From the human T2T-CHM13v2.0 reference genome, Homo sapiens, in assembly GCF_009914755.1 (NCBI RefSeq), contig NC_060930.1: a stretch of DNA of 64,000 nt; one strand, written 5' to 3'. Positions 45,421-60,362 of the stretch are shown here, one piece after another. Position numbers and translations under genes: made by a program. The notes beneath the pieces were generated by a model. That model was given only the letters and a program-made list of their open reading frames with translations. It made no database searches and was not told the DNA's origin. The number at the start of each line of letters is the position of its first letter. Positions within the stretch are counted from its first letter, which is position 1.

Positions 45421-47924
45421 GCTACTATCACTTCAAGTAATTACTACATGCTGTATCACTTGATCATTGAAGAAACTATTGTCTCACTGTAAAATATGGG
45501 AGGTAAAGTATATACAAGGGGCAGCATATTTAATTGCATAAGTGGCATGTCCAGGTTTGGATTTCTTCCTCAGTTGTGTCGATGCCAGTGAAATCCAACA
45601 GCAAGCCTGGATTATACTGCATAACCCCAAATAAAATTTACCAGCAAACCAAGGGCATCCCACATCACATAATTATTGTACTTCGTTGTATCAGCTTAAT
45701 GTCTATTGTGTTGGTAAAGACATATCAAATATCTGATTGAAGCCAGATTCAGAACTGGGCATGGTAGCAGCAAACATGCAGTAGGTCTGTGAACAGGTAA
45801 TTGCCACTATAAACCCTCTAAGTGAGGCGCGAAGGAGGACATGAGCTATAATTTATACATGTAGTGTGTAATGGAGGACACACAGACAGCTGATGGGTGA
45901 CTGTGGCTCCTCACACTGCCAGCTTGCCTTAGAGGGCAGGGCTGCTGATGGAGCAAGGCATGGTGCCCATTGCACGTGCCCATTCCGTACATCCAACCAA
46001 AGAGACTAAAATTCAGGGAAAATATTTGCTCTCAAAGCAAACAGAATCAGCATACACTTTAATCTGTTCTATAGATACGCAGTGCCGCCTCTTAACCAAA
46101 TGCCTTACTCTTGAGCAGTTCACTGCACTCTGTAACCAAACGTCAGACAGGACAGGAGAATGTAACTCCTTCATTTCTAGAGAGAAGTGCAAAGTTTGCT
46201 CATATTGCCCAATATTTTACATCCCTTGTGTCTAAAATTAAAATCCCAGCAGTGACCCAGGCTTGACTGTATTCTAAATAGAAGCTACATCAAAAGAGCT
46301 TAGGAGTCTGGCTTCCTAAGCCAGGGTCATGAATTGATACTTCACTGCTGACTTCTTCTGCCCCAATCTCTAAGAGAAGCTCTAGCTGGCCTCCAGAATT
46401 GGCAAAATTCTGTGATGTCTCTCTAAATCGAAAATCTATTGTTAAAAACAAACTTCTTTTAAGAGGTTGACTAATTTTTGTGAGTATCCATAGTTTTTAT
46501 CAGCATCCATAGACATCCAATGTCTTCTGACATTAATTTTATTGAGTTTTTAACTCAAAAGTTATGTTAAATGCATGTTCTTGTCTTTTTGCATTTCAAT
46601 CTATTTTTTAAAATATTTGAAAGTATTTGAATTTCAAAATAAGCTGTCACCTATTACAGGTTATCCCAGAAGTCTTAGTGGAGTTTTGAGCTTTCATAAC
46701 TTAGGCAGAAACAAATGCTACAAACTTCCGAAGACCATTTGTCATATTTCTGGTTACCTTTCCTCTAGGCTCATGCAGTTTTGTGAATTTTTCAAAATCT
46801 GTTTTTAACTTTTTCCAGTTTCTCTTACTGAAAATGGTACACACTGACTAGAAAAATAAAATAAAAAAATCAGTTAAGATTCCCAAAATTGCATACATAT
46901 TAAAAATATAAATAATTACTATTTTAAGAGACACTTGAACAAGACAGTACATTCATACTTCTGAAATAATTAAAGCTCAAAAGTGAATTAAGGGTTTTTG
47001 AAGACTCTGTATAATGTTCCAGTTCTGGAGCCCTGCAGAGACAGCGTATGTCAGGTGGGAATATAGCAACCCAAAAGCCATCTCTGTATTTACGCTTCTT
47101 TACTCACTGCCTGAAAATGAAGAAGCATAACATAGAAAGAGGACCCCCATCTTTAAGACGTCATTTCCACTTTGTGAATGCATAAATTAATGGTGGAGAA
47201 GTTTCAAAAAGAGCATCTTCCCCAGGTCAAACCCTGGGCTCTGCCCCACGGCACATGATTCAGATTTAGAGAGCAACATTTCACCCACCATATCGCTATC
47301 GAATCTAATCATAATGAAGACAGAAGAGATTTTCTTACTTGAGCACATAAAGTCAAAGCTTACAAAGAGTCTGCTTGGAGAGATTTGGGCATATATGCAG
47401 ACTTGATTCATTCTTTCTACTCTCAAGACTAGAAAAATCTAAGAAAGTTGAGGGTTGCGCTCAAGTTTGTATTCCCCTTCTTTAGGCCCCTTTTCTGCCT
47501 CCTGCCTTCCCAGCTCCTCAAAGAGACACTGAATGTCACCACCACAGAAAAATCAAACCAGACTGTGAGAAGGCCAAAGAACTCTTTACCACTCAGTTTA
47601 TATGAAATAGTCAAGCAGAAAACAATCTTTCAGCCTAGTCGCATTGACTCATTTCATGAATGAGAAAAAGGGAAGAACATTTTTATCATACTGTGTTTTA
47701 TCAATCTTGGGATAAAAGTCTGAGCCGGAACTTAAGCATTCCCCTCTCAAAAGGGTACGGTGTCAAAGACACCACAGAGATAGCTTATGTTAACCACATA
47801 GACTGTCATCTAGCTGCAGGTAGGGACCATTCTATTCATTGTCCAATCACTACCACAGAGCTGGTACATGGACTACGATCAGCAGATGTTTGTTTCACAA
47901 AATGTAGCTCTCGGGACAATATAA

Positions 47925-48216
<292 letters not shown>

Positions 48217-49519
48217 AATATAAATTTTTATGTTATAAAAAGCTATTAGAGTATGTTAATCTTTTGCTTCCACATATTCTGGGTTGGATAAAAAAACAAG
48301 AATGTTTTTAGAGTAAAGGGATAATACTGTATTCTAATTTTGATGGAAAGAACAAATTCCAGGAAAGAATTGCAATCATTCTGGTTTAAATTTTTAAAGG
48401 AGGAGGAGGAAGGGGCACACAGGAAGACAAAGTGCGCTGAAAGAAGAAAGAAGCCTAGAAAATAGCACAGAATACTGAGAGACACAGAAGAGAACACGAA
48501 GAGATTGCAATGGGACTGGAACTTGGAACCACTTTCTGTACATGTTGTTTTAAGTATTAATTTTTGTGTAAATGGCATATAAGATCCTCATCCACCATCT
48601 ACATAAAAGATTGTGGTGCCAAACAGGACTGCCCCGTGTGGGCTTTGTTTCCAAGTCAGCTTTCTCACAAGCATCTCTCCATTTTCTGACAAATGAACGG
48701 AACAAGTTCATTGGAACAAGGAGGGTGTATTGTCTCTATTTGCCGTTGGCTGGTTTGCTTCCTTGGGGGACTTAATGAAGGAGCAGCATTTGGACAGGAG
48801 GGAAAGAGCTTTGGAGTTGTCAAAAAGCACTAGTTAAAAAGCTTCAAACTGGGTCTTGCCAGTGTGTAACTGCTGTGGAAGAAAACATTTGAAAACAAAA
48901 CATGCATTTTTAATAAATGGAGACATAAAAGTTATTTTTATTTGATCTGAGCCTGACATTATTCTGTGCTTCTAAATTCCTTTGGATACACTAGAAGTTT
49001 CAATTCCCATGTCATCTTCAGAGTGCTTTGAGGAATGTGAATATTGTGCAATTATCTTTTGGATGAATGGAAAGAAAAGGTAATCTTTCCTTGAATGATA
49101 ACCTTTACTCAGCCTTAAATATACAAGAAATGCTTCATTTCTCACTTTCTTTATCTGACACACTGAAACAACACCAATAATTGTTTAGGCCTCTTGCAGA
49201 GATTCTCTGCTCCCTATTTTGTATCAGAAGTTTTTATAAATGTTTCTCACGTGAAGTTTAAATTGATCAGCATTTAACTAGGTAAATTGGAGACTTCTTT
49301 GTCTGCAATTCTTTCTCAGTCTTTTGCCCATAAATCAAGGAACTGAATGGACTTAAAGACCTCCCATCATTTTGTAGATGATGAAACTGAGACCCAGAAT
49401 GTCTGATATTTGTGCAAGACCACCTTGCTAGTTCTGCAGACCCAAAACACACCCATTCTTCAAGACTTCCACTGTTTCTTCTGCTTAATAATAAAACATA
49501 CACCATAAAAAGCAGTTGC

Positions 49520-49730
49520 TGTTTTTTGAGGCACAGTGCTAATGCTTTAAATATATTAAGATATTTTTCTTCATTATCTCCTCACAAGATAATTATTATT
49601 CTCTTCACTTAGATAAGAAAGCTGGTAAGAATCCAAAAAGGTAGCATAACTCACCCAATGTTACAAAGCTGGACAGTGGCAAAACCTGAACTAGAACACA
49701 GCTCAGACTGACCCCAAAACCAGAATAGCT
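49520..49730 (-). mobile_element. MIR SINE
   Basis: GGCACAGTGCTAATGCTTTA...AGATAAGAAAGCTG...TAACTCACCCAATGTTACAAAGCTG. Confidence 0.6.
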
Positions 49731-50299
49731 AAGCTAACATATCCCTGAAATTCAAAATAGAATGAAAACCTGAATATGAAAATAGAAACAGAGGCACACG
49801 TCTCCTTGGGTACCGTAACAACAACAACAACAAAAGTGAAAATCAGGCTGTTTCTTGAACTAATGGGAAGAAATCCAATCTAGATATTAGAGTCCTTGCC
49901 AGTTCCATAAATCACCTAACTGAGGAATATTGGGAAAATTCAGCCTCACTGAGCCTTGGAGTCATGCTCTCTAAGGCCAGTGTTAATGCTACCTGCTCCA
50001 CCTCCTTCACCAGACCACCGAGAGGTTCAAATGAGAAAGATAAATATGAAGACGTTTCCAAATAATTATCAGATAATTATAATTTTAAATTCTAAGACCC
50101 ACTGGAAAGGGTCTCAAAATTATGCACTTCTTATTAATTGCAGAAATAAATAGATAGATGAATTAATACAAAAATTAAAAAATGAACATTTCTCCACCAT
50201 GTTGCTTCGGGGAAAAATTACCTAAAAGATTTGCTTCTCTGATTTGAGAATCCTCTTGCTATTTATATGACGCCAAGAAATACTGAAAGCAAATGAGGG

Positions 50300-50739
50300 T
50301 GTACTTGGTTGATTAGTGTGCTCCCCGAATCATAGCTACCCAGAACCCCAGAATGTGACTTTATTAGGAAATAGTATCTTTATAGATGTAATTACTTAGA
50401 GATCTCGAGATGAAATCATTATTGGATTTAGGGGGATGATTTCCCTAAAACCAGTGACTGGTGTCCTTATAAGAGGATAGGACACAGAGACATACAAAAG
50501 AAGGCCGTGTGAAGGTGGAGGCAGGGATGGGAATGATGTTGCCATAAGTCAGGGAACACCAAGAGCCACCAGAAGCTGGAAGAGGCAAAAGATTCTCTCC
50601 TAGAAACCTCAGAACACATGTGGCTCTGCTACCACCTTGATTTCAGACTTCTGGCCTCTAGAACTGTGAGAGAACAAATGTCTGTTGTCTTAAGCCACCT
50701 AGATTGTAGCTGTTTGTTCCAGCCCTAGGAAACATATAG
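50300..50739 (+). mobile_element. MLT1C LTR
   Basis: CAGAATGTGACTTTATT...CCACCAGAAGCTGGAAGAGGCAA...CACCTTGATTTCAGACTTCTGGCCTCTAGAACTGTGAGAGAA. Confidence 0.88.
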
Positions 50740-51470
50740 AAAAGGTAACGAGCCTTCATCAGTTATGTTCTCAAGTCACCAGGGAGGTGGCTTCTCCTCC
50801 ATGCCCATCCTCGGTTGCTCCCCTGAATGGGTGAGGCTCTTTGGACAGTACTGTACCAGTTGTTTATAGGCAATTTCCACTCCAATTGATCAGGGCTCAG
50901 CTGCTAAACAGGATAAATATCTTAAATATCCCCTCAGCTCACAGGTATTATAGGGAAGCAGTATTCAGTTGTAAATATATGATTCACTCTAGCTGCTTAT
51001 CTATTATTATGTTTGATATAATTTTGTGTTCAGAGCTTTTCATGAATAGACATGCTGGATGGAGCTAGAAGCTCATCTGAGTCAAGAATGAAAATGTTGG
51101 TGATAAAAATTGCACATTTTAGATTTGAGCACATCTTATGGTCTCAACAGAAAAGGTCCCCGGGATGATAATTACTTTTACTTTTCACCTTTGCTACAAA
51201 AATAATATAAAAGATAGGAAATGGGAAAGAGCTGCTTCAGCTTATTAAAAAAGAGACGGTGGGCATATTTTTTAAACTGTTTACATATTAAGGGGCTTGA
51301 GATCACCACCATGGTCAAAGGGTACTGGGACTCTGCACAGAAGACCCTCAATTAATATTTGATGGAAGGACAAAGAATAAATGATTTTTACATATATCTT
51401 ACCTTAGTAAAATTACTATAGGATCTGCTACAGTATGTGATCATACAGACTGAAATATTTGGCAAATTAT

Positions 51471-51997
51471 AAAACATTTATTTGCATATAGGGCAGTAGG
51501 AGGTGGACATTTCTTAGGCAGGGTCAGTTCCGGGAATACCCTGCTCTTCTTCCCTTTTCTTCCTAAAAAAGTGAGTTCATGTCCTTTGCAGGGACATGAA
51601 TGAAGCTGGAAACCATCATTCTCAGCAAACTAACACAGGAACAGAAAACCAAACACCGCATGTTCTCACTCATAAGTAGGAGTTGAACAATGAGAACACA
51701 TGGACACAGGGAGGGGAACAACACACACCGGGGCCTGTCAGGGGGTGGAGGGCAAGGGGAGGGAGAACATTAGGAGAAACACCTAATGTAGATGAGGGGT
51801 TGATGGGTGCAGCAAACCACCATGGCACGTGTATACCTATGTAACAAACCTGCACGTTCTGCACATGTAGCCCAGAACTTAAAGTATAATTTTTTTAAAA
51901 AAAAGCATTTATTTGTATATAGGGCAGTGGGAGGTGGATATTTCTTAGGCAGGGTCAGCTCCGGGAATACCCTGCTCTTTTTCCCTTTTCTTCCTAA
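51471..51997 (+). repeat. 96-bp direct duplication (51471-51566 and 51902-51997) flanking L1PA7
   Basis: Ungapped alignment, 90/96 identical; all six differences are transitions. Confidence 0.95.
51567..51901 (+). mobile_element. L1PA7 3' end (about 335 bp)
   Basis: GGAGAAACACCTAATGTAGATGAGGGGTTGATGGGTGCAGCAAACCACCATGGCACG...AGAACTTAAAGTATAAT. Confidence 0.93.
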
Positions 51998-52494
51998 TTC
52001 CTCCTATGTCACCAGTATTAAGGACATCTTAACCAGACAGATTAAAAGGCTAAATAACCATGAGGGGCTGTTGGGGAGAAGCATACAGCTTAACTGTAAT
52101 GAAATTATAATGTTTAACACTCTTTACCTCACTGATCCTGTGACTATACCCTAAGGCCCCACCCCACGTATGTCTTCCCCAACAATAATGAAGGCAAAAG
52201 AATAGAAACAGGTGTTCCCCATGAATGCCTGGACCCCGAGGGCACCACCTGTGTCCGCATAAATCCAACACAAACAGTATCCAGCACAGTTGTGAGCAAG
52301 GTTATAGGACTCATCATGGTCCCCTGCCAAGGCAGGAAAATGAGGACAGGTAATCTGACTCTTTTAAGCATCAGAGATACACTGCCAAATACATGGAAGG
52401 GGACAAAATTCTCTTCCTTCTTGAAATTCTTAGCGAAAGAAGTAGAACTCAGCCAATACAAAATGAAACTTCTAAAAGTGGATTAAAAATATCA

Positions 52495-52799
<305 letters not shown>

Positions 52800-54165
52800 T
52801 TATTTTACCATGTGGTTCATTCACAAGAATATGCCAAATTATACTCACCAGGAATTGAGGATACTATCAGCTCCAGAAATGGACATAGCAAGTTGCTGGT
52901 TGGGAGTCCTGTATTTCACAGGGCCCTTTTGTCCCCAGGTTTGGTGATAAAGCTCCCTTTCCTTGGCAACAGAACTACAGGAGAAGTGGCTGGACAAGTG
53001 TAGCTTGTATTTCTACCTTCAGTAAGGGAACCCCATATGAAGATGTGCCAGATCTTTTTTTAACACAGCTGGCAGCCTGAAGCAGCAATGCACGTGGATA
53101 TCTAAGAGCGGGGAGACATTCAGGGAAGACAGGGCTAATGGAGCCACAGGGTGAAGTGTCTGATCTGCTCTAACAACCTTCTCAGTACCAACCAAAGCTA
53201 TTTCTCCTCCCAAAGCAATCACACATGATTAAAATGCCATGTTCTTCACAATATTCTGGGGGAGTCACATTTACTGTGACTCTCAGACATTTTGCCTTTA
53301 TTGGGCAAAAGTGAGACCCATTGTACCCCAGGCCGCCTGTTGAGTGGATGCTTGGGGGCTACAAATCTGATAGCCTACTGGGGGGATGGTTACCGTACTT
53401 TCATATGTTGAAAGTACGCTGCCAAGCTAGATGTGCCGAAAGAGCCATTTGGAAATGACACGCTAAGAACCAGAGAGCCTCCTTGATAACAGTCAGTCTC
53501 AGCATTGCCGGATTCAGGCTACTAGGAGTTACAGTTACAATTTCCCCAGGACAATGTTTCTTAGGAAATGTGTCCGATCTTTGGTATTTTTGCATGATGG
53601 ATTTTCTTGACATAATGCTGGACCCAACACCTGGGCCTCATCAGCCCCACTGTTAATGATTTGTGAATGCTTTATGGTCTTTGGGCATATAAAGGTGTGC
53701 CCTCAGATACACCGTCTCTGTACACATCACGTCTTCCGTGCACAATCGTCAGTGTGTGGGAAGTTCCTGGGGCCTCTCCCCCAAATGCTGTGTGAGAAAA
53801 TGAGATCTAGTATCATAAAAATTTTTTTAAAAGAACTCCCAAACTGTAGATCCCTTTTAAAACTTCATCATAGTGGTTCAAATCTGTGCTAGTGTATACA
53901 GTACTTAATATACTTTGTTCATTAAATTGGCTTAATTGAAAAATATTTAATTCATTTAGATACTGGCAAAGATCCATTTTTTTAATTTACAAAATCCCCT
54001 TAAAATATGAATCGTCTCAGTCTGTTTTGTTCCTACAGGTTTACCTTAACAGTTAAAATATCTTTTGTCATTTCTCCTGGTTTTAAGATATTTCTTTCCC
54101 ATAACCAGGGTGTCAGCACACAGAACAAGCAGGTCAATGGTTTTCAAAGTGATTTCTAGCTGCAC

Positions 54166-54461
<296 letters not shown>

Positions 54462-54599
54462 TAGCTGTACTTTTATAGCAAATGGGACCCTTGGATGATA
54501 ATTCCAATTGCACTGGAATGTTACCTTGCAAAATGTGTACAGATTAAAAAACTAAAAGGGGAAAAAAATGCTTGCCAAATGGTCACTGAAAATTGCAGA

Positions 54600-55380
54600 A
54601 ATTAAATGCTCAAGACAAAATTCCAAGCATTTAATATAATCAAGTGGCAGCGGGGTTTGTCTACCGCACTGCCACAGACTAATGGCTCAAGTTCCTGCTT
54701 TGCAAATCTGATTTCTTGCTCAGAATGTTGCTCATAATTGGCTTCTAGGCCAGGATGCCCATTGAGATGTAGGAAATAGCTGTTGTTGATATTTTGATGC
54801 CGAAAAGGGTCAGATTTTTCTTTCCTGTAACCACTCACTTTCTCTTTGCCTCTTGTCACATTTCCCCCCATCTCCTGCTCATTTTACCCACATTAAAGCT
54901 GTAAGTAAATAAATGACAGGCTGTGGCCTATCATCAGGTGACAGATCATCCTGCCTGGGCTCTGAAGAACGGAGACGTTGTCATCTGTCTGGTCCCCCTC
55001 ACATTCCCTGTCAGCCTCACCGCATCCGGGTGGCATGTCACAGTCATCGGAGCAAGAGGAATACAGCCGTGTAAACATCAGCTTGGGAGCCGAGTCAATC
55101 AAACACGGGACTCTAACTGCACAGAAGCCCTTTGCTGCCGGAAAAGAAAAGCACTCAGAGAGAAAGAAATGCCTTTCAGTGGCCTGTTTCTGCTTCCGCT
55201 GCTGCTACTTATTTCTTAATTGAATTTAACAGGTTGTGGGTTTTGTTGAAAGGGAAAAGTCATAATTTTTCCCCATCAAGAGTAGGGGACTTAACACAAA
55301 TCTCGCTGTTTTAGAGCTGATCAATAGTTATTGGATTTGCCCAATCAGCCAAAGGAGAGGAGAGGCAAATCAAAGCCATA
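54600..55380. promoter_or_regulatory. Candidate enhancer (TALE/FOX/bHLH motif cluster)
   Basis: Repeat-free with about 14 CpGs; TGACAG at 54914, 54939 and (minus) 55008; TGATTGAC (minus) 55094-55101; TGTAAACA 55070; CATCTG 54982; CCAATCAG 55341. Confidence 0.4.
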
Positions 55381-56226
55381 GGCCACAAGGACTCTTACAG
55401 AGCTTTACAGCCTCCACCAAGATGAAAGTTAGGCAAGTTGCAAGAAACGACAACAAAGGAGATGATGAAACATCTCCTCGGCTGAGCTCAAGTGGCATTT
55501 GGAAGAATAATTTGGAGGGTTGTTCCAAAACAAATAATGAACCATGTATTAAAATAAACAAAGTCATAAAAATGTCAGGAGGAATGCCAGAATAATAATG
55601 ACTTCCCAGTGAGAGAGAAAAGTCAAAGGAGGATAATGCAACCTCTTCCTGAATGAAAACAGCCAGTGCTCTCTGTCCCCATGGACTTTCCATCTCCTTC
55701 TGGATACGGCTTAAGAAGCTTTTGGAGCTGCCATTTTAGAAGCTGTCTTTCACGGTACATAAGGAGAAAAAGTGGATGGATCCTTCCCTTGTTCTGTTAA
55801 AAAAGTAACTGTCCACCATCACATAGCTTTCTCATGTATCTGCAGTGCATGTGGAAAGACTCTTATGAGGAAGGTACCTTCTGCTGAGATTTCCTGAATA
55901 CCCTGACCCTCACCTTGGGAGCAGCCATTGACAAAACTTGTACTATGGGAGGCCCTTTGGCTAAGCATTGATGATTTCTGAAAATGGGGTCGCTTTGTTA
56001 TTTCTCTGTCAAAAGGACTTATGTAACTATCCAGCAGTATAAAGCATCAGAGTAATAGTACCGATGAGTCCAGAATTATCCCAAACCATAGGGATTCTGA
56101 GGCAACAACAATTGCAGAGTTCATATGTAGCATTAAACTAAAAGCCACTGAACACTGAGTTGATATCCTATCCCTAGGTTCCTTGATCTACCACTGAAGA
56201 CCCTGAAAGTCCTGGTCCCAGCCTAA

Positions 56227-56766
<540 letters not shown>

Positions 56767-59700
56767 TAAAAAAAAGATAGCAACCCCAAATTCTCAACAT
56801 TATATAATACTTAAATAAATTATAATACATCCATATGTAATAATGTAGTATTCAGGCAATAAAAAATGATACCATAGATTAATATTGATTCTCATGGAAT
56901 AATATTCATGATATATATTTTTGATGGAGAAAAATAAGCTACAGAACCAACCTGTACAAATGGTTTTGCTTTTATAAAAAGCAACATATCTATATATGTA
57001 TATATTCATTTATATCCATATTCATAATTTTATTGAGAGTGTAGAAATACACACCAATGTATACATGTGTTATTTATGGATCAAGAAATTGTTTTGTGTG
57101 TATGCATGTCATTTAATTTTACAACCTTTCAAAAGTAAACATGAATTACCTCGATATAGAAAATAATTTTAATGTAAACTATCCTTCAAACTCTAGCTCA
57201 AATGCCTTTCTTCCCACACAAAGCTTTACCTAAAACTTCATCAGTAAGCTCTTCTTTTTCTGAACTCTATCTGTATCTATTTTATGCCGTTTAAATTTCA
57301 TCTTGGGTTAAATACATTCGTGTATTATTAAAATATAAACTGCATGAGAGTAGCAGTCCTTTCTAATTTATTCTTGCATGTAAACTTGTAGCAAATGTTT
57401 ACAAATATCCATTGTATGAATAAATATTGTGTGCCTAATCAGTAATTCTAAAATTTAGCTGCATATCAGAATTATTTTGAAAGTGTTTTAAAAGCACAGA
57501 GTCCTGGGCCTATCAATGCTTTTAGGTCAGAGGTGGAGAATTACGGTCCTACCGTTCCTCCTAGACAATTCCAGTTTAATCTAGGAAATTATCCTTCCAC
57601 CTGGCATGCTCATACTACCTGTCCACATACTTGAGCTTTGGGTCGTTAACGCCCTGAATTAATTCCTGCCCTTGCAAAAAGTATATAAGCAATCATTAAC
57701 TGATCAGACTTAATAATCAAAGTGCCCGGAATATTACAAGTGTTTTAACAAATGTTTGTTAAATGAATAGTTATATTCTTCTGCCATGTTCCTAAGAGCT
57801 TGTACTTGTGACTTCCTCCAGAGTTCTCTCTCTGATTGCCTTGATTTGCCCCTTTTCTGTCTCCCCGATACTCCTCTAATTGTCTTCTTGAGAGCTGATT
57901 CACCTCTTAGCCTGATCATAATATTTTTGTAAGTACAGATTTTTCAGCCAGGTTGGCACAGGAAAATTAGCTGTGCACATGAAGGAAGCTTCAAGATCAA
58001 CATCAAAAGTTCTTCGGTGGGTAATGGGATCTGGGGTTGAGTACTTAGTAATGGGATTAATCCATGATCTGAGAGGTGAGTCAGGGGCAGTTGGGAGCAG
58101 TGAAAATCATTATCTGGTGGTAGAGAGATGGGAAGAGAAGGAAATCTAAAAAAGGATACTCCAACAGCATTAATTCAGGGAGAGAGCTGCACATTGGGTA
58201 CATGGCAATTCCATCAAGAACATTTAAGTAGGGAGACAGTTCAAAGAATTTGTCCGTATACTTTCTCTGCCCATTTGTCATTGTCACTTATTGTCACTGT
58301 TGCTTATAAGCTTTGCTCTTCACTCATCATTTCTCCTAACCTTTCACTTGCCTGGTCCTAAATCCCAGGATCCTTTCAATTCTCTGGCATGTCTTAGTCA
58401 GTCCAGTCCTAGGAGTCATTGTATGTATCTGACCATAGAAAAGATTGAGGTAGAAGGTGCTGATGGGAAGATAAACAAAATATGAAATTGAACATGAATT
58501 GGTCTTTAGACCATTGCATTGCTATAAATCACCCTTCACCTGTGTAATCATTATATTGAAACAATATAGCACATACAGTGTCATCTATTGCAACGTTATC
58601 TAACTGCAAATCCTTCTCTGTAGAGGTCAAATTTACCTTTTCTGGGTACTCATGAATTGTAGGTTTTTAAAAGCCCATTAGCAAGCACTGAGATCTGTCG
58701 TCTCAAGTTTTCTATTTGAAACCAATATATGTGGCAAAAATATGTTCCAATTTTTATTTTTAGTAACAATGAAGAAGATAATTTGGTAGTTAGAATGTGT
58801 GTGGATGTGCATTAATATCATTACCGCACTTTTGACTTTCCAAATGTGCCCTGTTTTTAATTGAAATAAAACCACTATCAGACACTTCGGAAATCATTTT
58901 AGAATAATTTTGAAGACATTTGTTCACAGAAAAAAATGAGTCTTACTATCATATGATTTAAGTATTTAAAAACAAAGTCTAGTAACTTTTAAGGAAATTA
59001 AGTAATTTTAGCTTCGAGAGCATCTTTCTCCAAAAGCTAGTTATCTGGGAAATAAAATTGCATAAACCACCATTCTGGATACTTCTTTTGCATGCTTAAT
59101 TGACTGAAGGATGTAAGATTTTCCCTAAAAAATATGTATATTTACCTTGAATTATCATCTGATGCCTCTTACTCCAGACCTCTCTCTTTTTGAGCATCTG
59201 GTCTGTGGTCCTTGGTCTCAATTTTGTTTCTGGATTCTCTGTAGAGACCTGTCACTCAGATTTTCATAGTAAACATACTAATACCTTTTTTTCTCTTTAT
59301 GAATTATATTTTATAAAAATCTTAAATTTTCTCAAATTTGTCTACCACCCTTCCCTTTTCTTTACCAAGATAGAAAATATGATGAATCCATAGAAACAAC
59401 ATCCACATTAATTATAAATTTATTATTTTCCTCCTTCTCAGGTGAAAAGACAGGCACACAGAAAAGCATCCTTTTAACCTTTACTGCATGCACGACGAGG
59501 GTCAAATGCAGAGAGACTATGTACACACATCCAAGGCAAAGGGAGGGAGAGTGAGAGGGAGATAGAGACAGAGACAGAGAGACGGGGGGGAGAGAGAGAG
59601 ACAAAAGAGAGAAAGAGAATGAGAACAATGAAGAAAAAGAATGTAGCATACATACGAACACTAAACCAGAAGTGAAAAAATATGCCATTTAAGAGTGTAA

Positions 59701-59837
59701 ACTCTGAGGTCTGAAGTCCAAAAGAAGGAAGTCCAAGGGGCTTTGACGGTCAGTGAGATCATATCTGTGCTATTACAGAGGGTCCACCTCTAATCAGTTT
59801 ACGAATGTTTTTCTTTCTCCTGCCTACTCCTGCCCAT

Positions 59838-60362
59838 TCACACACACACACACACACACTCTCCCACAGACACACACAGACTCACACATACACACAAATT
59901 CACACATACACACACTCATACACACAGAGATGCATACAGTCACACATATGCACACATTGACAATCACACATATATACGCATACACTCACACATACACACC
60001 CTGGCACACACATTTGCACGCTCACAATGCACATTCACACACTAACACATACACACACACATACACACACACACATACACGTTCACACACATACACACAT
60101 ATACACATTCACACACAGTCACACGTACATACACAAACATACCCAGACTCACACATACACACACATTCGCATGCTCACACATATATACACGTTCACATAC
60201 ACATTCACATATACACAGACTCACACATCCACACACTCCCACACACATACATGCATACACACATTCACACATATGCACATTTACACACACATACACACTC
60301 ACACATTCGATTCACTCACACACATACATGCATACACACACTCATACATACACACACTCACA
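59838..60362. repeat. Degenerate (CA)n/(CACATA)n simple repeat, about 525 bp
   Basis: Continuous alternating CA/TA sequence with recurring CACAGACTCACACAT units. Confidence 0.95.

Noticed and set aside
55070-55080. TGTAAACATC, resembling the miR-30 5' end
   Set aside because: The match ends after 10 nt and there is no precursor hairpin; better read as a forkhead motif.
55422-55595. 57-codon plus-strand ORF (MKVRQVARND...) with A at -3, next to the candidate enhancer
   Set aside because: No recognisable homology; it would need PhyloCSF or ribosome-profiling support.
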